Shown here: positions 1 to 8,635 of the stretch, one piece after another | How the letters are laid out: the number at the start of each line of letters is the position of its first letter | Position numbering within the stretch: position 1 is the first letter of the stretch | The notes under the pieces: generated by a model | What the model was told of the DNA's origin: nothing | The model's database searches: none | What the model saw: the letters and a program-made list of their open reading frames with translations, nothing else | Source of the DNA: Candidatus Obscuribacterales bacterium | GTDB taxonomy: Bacteria; Cyanobacteriota; Vampirovibrionia; Obscuribacterales; Obscuribacteraceae | Reading direction: 5' to 3' | Assembly (NCBI GenBank): GCA_965228855.1 | Contig: CBDDIJ010000003.1 | Coordinates: 3,520,001-3,584,000, forward strand | DNA length: 64,000 bases | Position numbers and translations under genes: made by a program

Positions 1-411
1 CGCTTCTCATTCTCTGATGGAAAAACAATTGCTTCGTCCCTGAGTGATACTAATGTCAGACTGCAAAACGCGATAAGTAATAATACGGTCTTCGGTCCGA
101 GACCTGGTCTAGCAGCGGCTCCACGGGGCACTGTAAGTAATAAAGCAGTCAATGATTTACAGACAAGAATTTCATTGCGCTTGCAAGACGGACGAGCTAC
201 CGGTCGGCTGACCCAGGCAGAGTACCAGATGCTCAGAAATCGACTGAGCTCAATCGAGTCTAGAGAGCATCAGATGACGTCACCGCGCGGTTTCTTAAGC
301 TTTGAGGAAAACCAACGCTTGCTTGCTCGATTGAACCGACTTCAAGATGAAGTGCGAATTGAAATGAACGATTCGCAAGTAGCGGGACGAGCTCTTCACC
401 CGTGGTACTAA
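1..411 (+). CDS. Hypothetical helical-repeat protein, 5' truncated by the window edge
   Basis: Frame is open from base 1 (RFSFSDGKTIASSL...) to the stop at 411. The GRLTQAEYQMLRNRL...GFLSFEENQRLLARL module resembles those in 3954..4640 and 21285..22163. Confidence 0.75.
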   Translation, partial: RFSFSDGKTIASSLSDTNVRLQNAISNNTVFGPRPGLAAAPRGTVSNKAVNDLQTRISLRLQDGRATGRLTQAEYQMLRNRLSSIESREHQMTSPRGFLSFEENQRLLARLNRLQDEVRIEMNDSQVAGRALHPWY

Positions 412-541
412 CCACCTGTGATACCAAGTCAGAGTTCTTTCCGCAGGAATACTGCGCTCAACAACAAAACATGAAATCGAAAGGGCGCCTCTCAGCGCCC
501 TTTCCATTCTTCGAACTCAGATTATCGATTCTACGTTTTCT

Positions 542-1348
542 TCAATGTTTGCTGCTATCGATCGCGATTGTCCAGTGATCAATTTCGGCAGCACTCATTT
601 TGCCTCGCGGTTCTAAACGACCATCGGCGTATCCTCTACGCTCCACGTCGATCAGGTATTGCTCTCGAGATAAACATGTCCCCTGACATAGCGGCTCCTC
701 TTCTTCGATCACGGTAGTTGCGTCGTTCTCAACTCTATGAAGAAGCGGTTTTAATACCCATCCGGGAATTTTATTTTGTTCGGCAGGATAAATGTATCCA
801 AACAAAAGCAAGTGCGTCAGCAACACTTTCCAGTGCGAACCAAAGCGTCTCAACAGGCGGTCCCAGTCTAGAGAGTCTGCACAAGCCTGTATTATGTGAG
901 CCACATCGGCACCATCGAATCGCTCGCGCTCCATGATGAATGCTTTTGACCAGATCATTTCTTCGGGAGGACTGAGCTTCACCTTCACGCCAAACACTTC
1001 GGCCTCTGGCGCGTGCTCAAACCACGCCTCATCTACGTCTGCAATTGCGTTACCGGAGCTAAAAATGATGTCTATAAACTGTTCGCCTTTGAAAATTTTT
1101 CCAAGCCAATGCGAGAAGGTCATTTCTGTTTTGTATCCTTCTCTGGCGAACAATCTCAAAACATCCTCGGCGTCCTCCTTGAGGACGAACAGATCGAGGT
1201 CTTTTGTATGCCTCTCGATCCCTGAATATTGCGCCAAGGCATAGGCGCCGCCTACTAGATATGGAATGCCCGACTCGTTCAACAAGTTCAGGACGTCGAC
1301 ATATAACTGGCGTGTACGTGGTTCTAAAAATATTTGAGTATGTGACAT
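542..1348 (-). CDS. Nucleotidyltransferase family protein (pol-beta-like fold)
   Basis: GGAYAL...ERHTKDLDLF (GG/RxTxDxD) motif; RBS-like GAAGG upstream. Confidence 0.8.
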   Translation of the reverse strand: MSHTQIFLEPRTRQLYVDVLNLLNESGIPYLVGGAYALAQYSGIERHTKDLDLFVLKEDAEDVLRLFAREGYKTEMTFSHWLGKIFKGEQFIDIIFSSGNAIADVDEAWFEHAPEAEVFGVKVKLSPPEEMIWSKAFIMERERFDGADVAHIIQACADSLDWDRLLRRFGSHWKVLLTHLLLFGYIYPAEQNKIPGWVLKPLLHRVENDATTVIEEEEPLCQGTCLSREQYLIDVERRGYADGRLEPRGKMSAAEIDHWTIAIDSSKH

Positions 1349-1527
1349 GCCTTCTCTCTAGCATGCAAAAATAGCACTAATGCGGCTTGCAATAAGCTTT
1401 GACAGCAAGTAGATGTGCTATTTCCGTGTGAAATAATAGTAGAAAGGTGCCCAGAGGCTCAAACGAGAAAGCGGTGTGAACGATTCGCAGAAACACGCTT
1501 GGAGCTCCGGTATACAAGGATAGAGAA

Positions 1528-2529
1528 ATGCCGAAAGACATCATGAGAATTGCTGCGGTTGGAGACCTCCATTGCACCAAAAGTGCTCAGGGGGCTTACC
1601 AACCACTTCTTGCGAACATTGGAGATCATGCAGATGTGCTCTGTCTGTGCGGTGATTTAACCGACTACGGAACACCTGAGGAAGCACAGATTCTTGTTAA
1701 GGAACTTCTGCCTGCGGTAAAAATACCGATAGTTGCGGTCCTGGGAAATCATGATTTCGAAACAGGGCAGCAGGACGAGGTAATTAAGATTCTTCGAGGT
1801 GCAGGCATTCACGTACTTGACGGAGAGTCAATAGAAATAGAAGGGGTGGGCTTCGCTGGCACAAAGGGATACATAGGTGGCTTCGGGCGGCATACCCTCG
1901 GCGCCTGGGGAGAAAACGGTATCAAGAATATCGTCAGAGAGGCTCAGGATGAGGTATTGAAACTGGAGTCGGCCCTCGCTCGTTTGCGAACCGATCACCG
2001 AGTCGTTCTACTTCACTATGCTCCCATTGCTGCCACCGTCGTTGGTGAACCGGAATCGATTTTTCCTTTTCTTGGAACCAGTCGTCTGGAGGAGCCGCTG
2101 CTTAGGCACCCTCTTACGGTCGTGTTCCATGGACATGCTCACAGAGGCACCATGGAGGGTAAAACGATTTCAAACATTCCAGTGTACAACGTAGCAATGC
2201 CGCTCCTTCGAAGGGAGAGGCCAGAGATGCCTCCATATCGAATTGTAGAACTGGCAATGTCGGCTTCGGCGCTAAACCAAGCCAATGAGCCGATTGCCGG
2301 AGCGCCTAATACGGCTCCCAATCACAATGGGCAACTGTCTGGCTTTCAGCCCACCGGAGCCTCGTCTACCGGCATTCAACCAACAGCGTCAGCTGCGGAC
2401 AACACAACAGCACCTGCGCCAGCCAGCACCAACGCAGACTCAAATGGAAGTAACGGGAACAGTTCTGGCACTGCGAACAGTGGCGCGCAACGGCTGGAGC
2501 CCAGATCCGCAATTACACCATCCAACTGA
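1528..2529 (+). CDS. Calcineurin-like metallophosphoesterase with low-complexity C-terminal tail
   Basis: GDLH, GDLTD, GNHD, HYAP and HGHAH motifs; about 90 aa Ala/Ser/Asn/Thr-rich tail. Confidence 0.9.
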   Translation: MPKDIMRIAAVGDLHCTKSAQGAYQPLLANIGDHADVLCLCGDLTDYGTPEEAQILVKELLPAVKIPIVAVLGNHDFETGQQDEVIKILRGAGIHVLDGESIEIEGVGFAGTKGYIGGFGRHTLGAWGENGIKNIVREAQDEVLKLESALARLRTDHRVVLLHYAPIAATVVGEPESIFPFLGTSRLEEPLLRHPLTVVFHGHAHRGTMEGKTISNIPVYNVAMPLLRRERPEMPPYRIVELAMSASALNQANEPIAGAPNTAPNHNGQLSGFQPTGASSTGIQPTASAADNTTAPAPASTNADSNGSNGNSSGTANSGAQRLEPRSAITPSN

Positions 2530-2600
2530 TACTAAATGCGACACTAATACCGCATATAGTACTGGATGCAAGACCGCATACGGTACCAAACTGAGGCAGA

Positions 2601-3764
2601 CTAGCGTTTGCCCGAGCGCGTTCTCAGCCACCCCTTATAATTCAAGAATATCAAAACAGCAATCGTAACGATTACCATCATGAAAATTGCGGTTGGATAC
2701 CCGTAATACCATTCGAGTTCAGGCATGTTTAACGGAGATTTCGACGTATTGAAGTTCATTCCGTAAATCCCGGCAATTAGGGTCGGCGGAATGAATAGAG
2801 TTGTGATTAATGTCAAAGACTTCATCACTTCGTTCAACCTGTTACTCGCGCGCGTATAGTGGACCTCCATCAGGGCCGAGCAAACCTCGCGATACATCTC
2901 CAGCAAATCGATGATACGAACGGAGTGATCGTGACAGTCTCGAAGATATAACCGGGTGGTATCACTGACGACTGGAATTCTATCTCTAATCAGTGAATTG
3001 AGAGCCTCTCGAGCCGGCCATATGGCCTTGCGAATCGAAAGAACATCTCTTCTAATTTGGTACATCTCCGATGGTGTATCCTCCTCGAATTTTTCCAATA
3101 CATTATCTTCGATTTCATCGATGCGTTCAGCAATTCGGGTCAGCAACGGGAAGTAAGAATCAACAACGGCGTCGATAATTGCGTACATCAAGTAGTCAGC
3201 CTTTTCCTGGCGCACGCGCCCGCGACCTCTCCGAATTTTTTCACGAACAGAATCAAGACAATCCTTTGGCACTTCTCTAAACGTCAATACAAAGTTTTTC
3301 CCGAGAAACAAACTTAGCTGTTCTGTCTCGACTTCATCCTTATCAATCAACATCCGAGTTACGACAAACAAATGCTCCTCGTATTCTTCGACTTTGGTGC
3401 GTTGGTGAACGTTAACGATGTCTTCTACGACCAATTCGTGCAAATTAAAGATCTTTGCGAATTTTTCGATGATCAGCCGTGCTTCCGGTCCCTCAACTAC
3501 AGGGTCAACATTAACCCAGGTGACCGTCCAATTGGCGAATAGGACAATCAGTTCACTCATGTCGGACACTTGCTTTTCCACGTAACCGTCCGGACCGTAG
3601 GCGATGACGCTGATGATCGGCATAGCTGTGAGCGTTTGATGCGAACCACTGACAACATCAAACCGACCCGGCATATTGAACTCAGCCGTGATTCTTTCTT
3701 GTTTTCTCTTGGCGGGACGCGCGTCACTCGTCATGTTCTGGGCTTCCTCCGACTCTCTTTGCAT
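2601..3764 (-). CDS. corA: Magnesium/cobalt transporter CorA
   Basis: YGMNF signature, MPEL loop and two C-terminal TM helices. Confidence 0.95.
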   Translation of the reverse strand: MQRESEEAQNMTSDARPAKRKQERITAEFNMPGRFDVVSGSHQTLTAMPIISVIAYGPDGYVEKQVSDMSELIVLFANWTVTWVNVDPVVEGPEARLIIEKFAKIFNLHELVVEDIVNVHQRTKVEEYEEHLFVVTRMLIDKDEVETEQLSLFLGKNFVLTFREVPKDCLDSVREKIRRGRGRVRQEKADYLMYAIIDAVVDSYFPLLTRIAERIDEIEDNVLEKFEEDTPSEMYQIRRDVLSIRKAIWPAREALNSLIRDRIPVVSDTTRLYLRDCHDHSVRIIDLLEMYREVCSALMEVHYTRASNRLNEVMKSLTLITTLFIPPTLIAGIYGMNFNTSKSPLNMPELEWYYGYPTAIFMMVIVTIAVLIFLNYKGWLRTRSGKR

Positions 3765-3953
3765 CTTGAAAGATCAGCATTCATTGTAGGGGATGATGAG
3801 AGAACGGACTTGATTATTTTGCGCTTGTCAGGAGCAATAGTAAGCGCGAACCGATCAACTTTGAAATTCATTTAGCATCAACGTGAAATGGCACCGTACT
3901 CGACGACAAAGTGCCATCGAATACGGTGCCGAAATTAAAAACTGGTTGAAGTT

Positions 3954-4640
3954 TTACCTGGTTTGTTCAGTCGTCGTGGTCGTCGTTTGCGTTGTCCGAG
4001 TTACACCATCGAGCGACTTAATTGTACGTTGATAGATCGAAATGCGCTTCTTCTCCGGACTTTCGCCTACGATAAGCATCGGTTGGTATACAACCGCCGT
4101 CGAGGTTGCCGCATTCAAATCGCCTTTCACACGATCGGCAATGCGATCGAGATCGGCAGCCAGCGCTAATGACTCATCAAAGGTCAGAGCATTATCTGAA
4201 GCAATTTTTGCATCCAGATCGACTCTGGCATTATTGATGTCCGCACAAAGCGCATCACATTTGTCAGACGAGATGTGTCCTAACGCCTTCTCCTGTGCCA
4301 GAAGATTTTGAAGGTCGTAAATTCTGTTGTACAAAGAAGCCGACATAATGGCATCGCTCTTTTGTTTGATTACAACAATCTTGTCGCCAGTAACCTGATG
4401 AACAGGCTGACCGTTTGCATCAATGACAACACCGACCACGTTCCCGGATGAGTCGAGTACATTGCCCGCTGCGTCAACGGTCGCACCAGTAGTTGTCGAA
4501 ACGAATTTGATAACGTCGCCAGTCAAAGTCACAGGAACTTCGATGGTGTCGGCATTTGCCGTGGAGCTGACTCCGAATGATACAGCCAGTGCGAGCATCA
4601 GCGCTCCAAACTCTCTGTTACGAAGTACGTGAGTATACAT
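3954..4640 (-). CDS. Secreted hypothetical protein with helical-repeat module
   Basis: ATG at 4640 with AGGAGAGG RBS; Sec-like signal ending ANA-D; similar to 21285..22163. Confidence 0.8.
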   Translation of the reverse strand: MYTHVLRNREFGALMLALAVSFGVSSTANADTIEVPVTLTGDVIKFVSTTTGATVDAAGNVLDSSGNVVGVVIDANGQPVHQVTGDKIVVIKQKSDAIMSASLYNRIYDLQNLLAQEKALGHISSDKCDALCADINNARVDLDAKIASDNALTFDESLALAADLDRIADRVKGDLNAATSTAVVYQPMLIVGESPEKKRISIYQRTIKSLDGVTRTTQTTTTTTEQTR

Positions 4641-5001
4641 AGCCTCTCCTTTTCTTTCTTGTAACTTTTGCGATGTGCAATTTCCATCGCGGCATCGACT
4701 TGGGAGCAGCAAAACTAGCGCTAATTCGCTACGGAGCCGCTTTGAAGGCACCTCTCGACTAGCGCTCAAACACCAGGTTGCTTGCTGCTATCTAATGTAG
4801 GCCCTCGCATAGCGCACGGAAGGAAGTGAGGTGCCGAAATCCATCCTGGCGGTTTAACAATTGACAAACAGCTCTCCACATCGCGGTTGGGAAGCGAATT
4901 ATCAAAGATTGTTTCTAAACGGTTGTGAAGCGGTCCGTTCGCTACTTAATTTCCTCGCCGTGTATTATCCTTCTCAATCAATTCTAGATAAGGAGTGTGA
5001 G

Positions 5002-5439
5002 ATGAAACGCAAAGCATCAGCCGAATGGCAAAATGGTCTCAAAGACGGCAAAGGAACAATCACCACAGATAGCGGTGTTCTCGATAAAACGCAATATAGT
5101 TTCAGCACACGCTTCGAAGAAGGCAAAGGCACCAATCCCGAAGAATTGATCGCTGCTGCTCACTCCGGATGTTTTTCAATGGCTCTTTCCGGTCAACTCG
5201 GCGCTGCTGGTTTGACACCCGAGCGCATCAATACAACCGCAACAGTCACTCTCGAAAAACAAGAAAGCGGCTTCGCGGTCACCGAAATTCACCTTGATGT
5301 GAAAGCAATCGTACCGAATGCTACTCAAGAGCAGTTCGATACAGCAGCGAATAACGCAAAAACAGGTTGCCCCATCTCGAAACTCTTCAACGCGAAGATC
5401 ACGATGGAAGCCAGACTCGAAGCGACTGCCAAAGCGTAG
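5002..5439 (+). CDS. osmC: OsmC family peroxiredoxin
   Basis: [20 protein letters not shown] and GCPISK motifs; AAGGAG RBS before ATG 5002. Confidence 0.95.
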   Translation: MKRKASAEWQNGLKDGKGTITTDSGVLDKTQYSFSTRFEEGKGTNPEELIAAAHSGCFSMALSGQLGAAGLTPERINTTATVTLEKQESGFAVTEIHLDVKAIVPNATQEQFDTAANNAKTGCPISKLFNAKITMEARLEATAKA

Positions 5440-5460
5440 TAAGTCGTCCAATAATTGAAA

Positions 5461-5497
5461 GGAGCATCTCTCGCGGAAGAGATGCTCCTTTTTATTT
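5461..5497 (+). terminator. Rho-independent terminator after osmC
   Basis: GGAGCATCTCT/AGAGATGCTCC stem followed by TTTTTATTT. Confidence 0.85.
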
Positions 5498-5539
5498 GTG
5501 AATCATATTACCGATTCAACAACTTTTAAGCGGCGCGGC

Positions 5540-5944
5540 TTAAAGTGGTGCCGGCACCGGTTGCGGTCTATGGTCGTCACGCCCCGGGAGGCGATCGGTA
5601 TTCGGGATTCCGATTCTGGAGTCGATCGTAGACGCAGCACTTGCACTACCAGCGGTACCGTTTGGTATGCCCGCTATGTTGTCCAGAGCTTCAGACCGTC
5701 CATCTCGGATGCTAGCTCCAGGCATGGTTGATGCGTTTGGAAGAACCATAGGCGCATCTGCTCCTACTCCATCCCTCGGAAACTGAGTCGTCAAATTGAC
5801 GACGATGAAAGCGAGGGCCAGCACCATGAGGACGATTAGTCCGGTCAACCAGTACGAGACGAATGACGGCTTCACTTCGTCAGCCGGCGGATAGGCCGAA
5901 GCCCGCTCCATCGCGGCAGTCATATGTGTGTGCTTAACAGCCAT
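5540..5944 (-). CDS. Hypothetical single-pass membrane protein with Pro-rich tail
   Basis: AAGGAGG RBS; one hydrophobic helix YWLTGLIVLMVLALAFIVV. Confidence 0.7.
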   Translation of the reverse strand: MAVKHTHMTAAMERASAYPPADEVKPSFVSYWLTGLIVLMVLALAFIVVNLTTQFPRDGVGADAPMVLPNASTMPGASIRDGRSEALDNIAGIPNGTAGSASAASTIDSRIGIPNTDRLPGRDDHRPQPVPAPL

Positions 5945-6012
5945 ATATCCTCCTTGAGGCAGGCACCGTCACGCACCAGGTACGATGGCGCGGACCAAAC
6001 GCTCGCCCTTAA

Positions 6013-6402
6013 TTACTTTTCGAACTTTGCAGCAGCGTTCGAGCAACCAGTTTTCATTTCTTCCCATGCTTTGGACAGTTCCTCAAAAGCATGGTCCATA
6101 CCCGTTTTAAATTCGCCGAATGCATCAGCGCTAGTCTCTTTTAATTCTTTGAACTTGCAAGAGGCCACGCGTTGTTTATCCTTCAAATCCTGGTACTTAA
6201 CAGCTGCCTGTTCTTTCATCGAGTCCAATTTTTCGTTAAGTTCGTCGATTCTCGCTCCGAACTCAGCCATGCGCTCTTCCATACTTTTCTCATAGGAAGA
6301 ACGATCCAGATCAGTTGTCGACGGTGGATTTGCGGCTCCAGCTTCTTCGAGAGCTCCACCGGTGGTGCTTCCAAAGTCAGATGAAGATGGTTGGTTTGAC
6401 AT
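6013..6402 (-). CDS. Small coiled-coil stress-type protein
   Basis: AAGGGAG RBS before ATG 6402; E/K-rich heptads (YEKSMEERMAEFGARIDEL...FGEFKTGMDHAFEELSKAW). Confidence 0.75.
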   Translation of the reverse strand: MSNQPSSSDFGSTTGGALEEAGAANPPSTTDLDRSSYEKSMEERMAEFGARIDELNEKLDSMKEQAAVKYQDLKDKQRVASCKFKELKETSADAFGEFKTGMDHAFEELSKAWEEMKTGCSNAAAKFEK

Positions 6403-6524
6403 GATCTTTTCTCCCTTAAAACTGTTCGTTACCAACCTAATAGCGCAGATCCCCTCCAGCGTGGAAACTCGACGCCTAAACCCGTTTTGACCATAAAAGA
6501 TGTACGGTTTCCATTCTCCAAGGC

Positions 6525-6550
6525 GGAACAAACAATCGGCACCCATGTCT
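6525..6550 (+). promoter_or_regulatory. Candidate ECF-sigma promoter GGAAC-N17-GTCT
   Basis: About 50 nt upstream of the Gfo/Idh/MocA gene; the motif recurs upstream of other genes in the window. Confidence 0.6.
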
Positions 6551-6601
6551 CAGAAGCAACTGTAACCCGAATGTAGATTATGCAAGTTTAGAGGAATGAA
6601 T

Positions 6602-7750
6602 ATGGCTAATACAGAGAAAAGAGCAAGCGGGGGACATGACGGTGTACGCATCCGCTACGCAGTCGTAGGTTTGGGTCACATTGCTCAAGTGGCTGTACTA
6701 CCAGCATTTGAGCACGCGAAGCAGACCTCTGAGCTTACGGCGTTGGTATCTGATGACCCGCAAAAGCTCAAAGAACTCGGTGACCGGTACGCGGTAGACA
6801 AAAGATACTCTTATGACGAATACGAAAAAATGTTGCAGAACGGAGAAGTAGACGCGGTTTACATCGCATTGCCCAACGACATGCATAAGGAATACACAGT
6901 GAGAGCAGCTCAGTCTGGTGTGCATGTTCTCTGTGAAAAACCTATGGCAGTAACGGTCGAGGAAGGCAAGGCCATGATTGAGGCTGCGCAACTTCACAAC
7001 GTAAAGCTGATGATTGCTTATCGGCTGCACTTCGAGCAGACAAACATGACCGTTGCCAGCCTTGTACATGATGGTGCCATCGGCGAACCAAGACTGTTCA
7101 ACTCGACCTTCACCATGCAAGTTAAGGAAGGCAATATACGGACGCAGGCGGAACGAGGGGGAGGTCCCCTTTTCGACATTGGAATCTATTGCATAAACGC
7201 TGCACGTTATATCTTCGGAGCTGAGCCAATTGAGGTTCAAGCCCTGATGGCAAAAGGACCGGATCCGAGATTCGAAGAAATTGAAGAAACAGTCGGAGCG
7301 GTAATGAGATTTCCAAACCAATGTATCGCAACATTCGCATGCAGTTTCGGTACGCAGGCCGTCTCCACGTATCGCGTACTCGGCACCGAGGGCGATATCA
7401 ATGTGGAACCGGCTTACGAATACGTCGATGAGTTAAAGTACACGCTCACACGCAAAGGTAAACCAGCTGAAGAGAAGAAAACTCCGAAGTCTGACCAATT
7501 TGCGCCGGAGTTGAACCACTTCTCCGAGTGCATCATATTAAATAAGGAACCGCGACCGAGTGGACATGAGGGTCTGGCGGACATGGCGGTTATCGAAGCT
7601 CTTATGGAATCCGCTGAAAAAGGCGAGTCTGTGGCAGTGAAAAAATTGCGTGGAAAGGGTCAGGCGAGCAAGCCCGACAAGGAGCTCATTGAAAGATTGC
7701 CGGGTGTGAAAAAACCAGATCTCGTTAACGCCGAGTCTGGCTCCAAATAG
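6602..7750 (+). CDS. Gfo/Idh/MocA family oxidoreductase (glucose-fructose oxidoreductase-like)
   Basis: YAVVGLGHIAQ Rossmann motif, HVLCEKPMA, GGGPLFDIGIYC; alternative ATG at 6596. Confidence 0.92.
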   Translation: MANTEKRASGGHDGVRIRYAVVGLGHIAQVAVLPAFEHAKQTSELTALVSDDPQKLKELGDRYAVDKRYSYDEYEKMLQNGEVDAVYIALPNDMHKEYTVRAAQSGVHVLCEKPMAVTVEEGKAMIEAAQLHNVKLMIAYRLHFEQTNMTVASLVHDGAIGEPRLFNSTFTMQVKEGNIRTQAERGGGPLFDIGIYCINAARYIFGAEPIEVQALMAKGPDPRFEEIEETVGAVMRFPNQCIATFACSFGTQAVSTYRVLGTEGDINVEPAYEYVDELKYTLTRKGKPAEEKKTPKSDQFAPELNHFSECIILNKEPRPSGHEGLADMAVIEALMESAEKGESVAVKKLRGKGQASKPDKELIERLPGVKKPDLVNAESGSK

Positions 7751-7765
7751 AGATTTAGTTAAGCT

Positions 7766-7797
7766 AAAGAGGGCTCAGTATTTCTGAGCCCTTTTTG
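7766..7797. terminator. Probable bidirectional terminator
   Basis: AGGGCTCAG/CTGAGCCCT stem flanked by A and T runs between convergent genes. Confidence 0.8.
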
Positions 7798-7848
7798 ATG
7801 CGGTACGGAACTCATCACTCGATTCAATCAGAACAAGATTCCATCCGC

Positions 7849-8529
7849 TCAGGCACTCGGAAGTCCCCAAACATTCTCGAGCTCCAGCATTTTCTTCTTC
7901 AGCTGTTTGACAGTCTGCTTGTCCTGACACGAGCTAACTTCGGATGATAAACGCCACCATGCTCGGTGCGCAATTCGCTTGGATTTCTCAGCCTCCGTCA
8001 CGCATGTTTCAAACAGTCGGTCAAGAAATTCGCGCACAGTTTGCGCCTCTTCGCTCTGATCACCCAGTCGAGACTCACGGTAAGTTTTGAAATTTTCAAC
8101 AGTCGTCTGATTTTGACCTTCCGCCCAACACCAGCGCATCGCCAGCACAATAGATGGATGAATAGTGCTTAGATCCGCGCGCAGGTTGTCAGATTGCCTG
8201 TTTGAACGCGTCGGACAAAACTCGATGTATCCGGAATCCGGCCAGTCGGCACGCAATTCTAACGGAATCAAAGACCCTTCCTCGTAAATGTTCCAATAGC
8301 CGGGAAACGAAGAGATCAGAATATCGAAGAGTTCCGTCCTAATTCGGTCCCATTTGTCTTTGGAGAGATGTTGGCTCAATGAAGATTCGGTGCCTTCAAA
8401 AGCCAGGTCTATAGTAATAATCGAATTGCAAACTTTATTTTGAGAAGGCGATTCGAGATTACGAAGTTCACGCAGATAGCGTCCGACTTCGTCCAGAGTC
8501 ATAGAATTTCGCCGGTCAAGACTTGCCAT
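7849..8529 (-). CDS. Hypothetical protein
   Basis: 226-aa ORF filling the gap downstream of the molybdoenzyme; no motif recognised. Confidence 0.7.
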   Translation of the reverse strand: MASLDRRNSMTLDEVGRYLRELRNLESPSQNKVCNSIITIDLAFEGTESSLSQHLSKDKWDRIRTELFDILISSFPGYWNIYEEGSLIPLELRADWPDSGYIEFCPTRSNRQSDNLRADLSTIHPSIVLAMRWCWAEGQNQTTVENFKTYRESRLGDQSEEAQTVREFLDRLFETCVTEAEKSKRIAHRAWWRLSSEVSSCQDKQTVKQLKKKMLELENVWGLPSA

Positions 8530-8635
8530 ACCTGGGTCTCCGGGTTCTCAAGTAGAGATATACCCGGACAGGGAGAAACCTACTACAACGCCCGCCAGAT
8601 TTAAGGTTCAGCGTTTTCCGCGGCAAGAAACCGGC

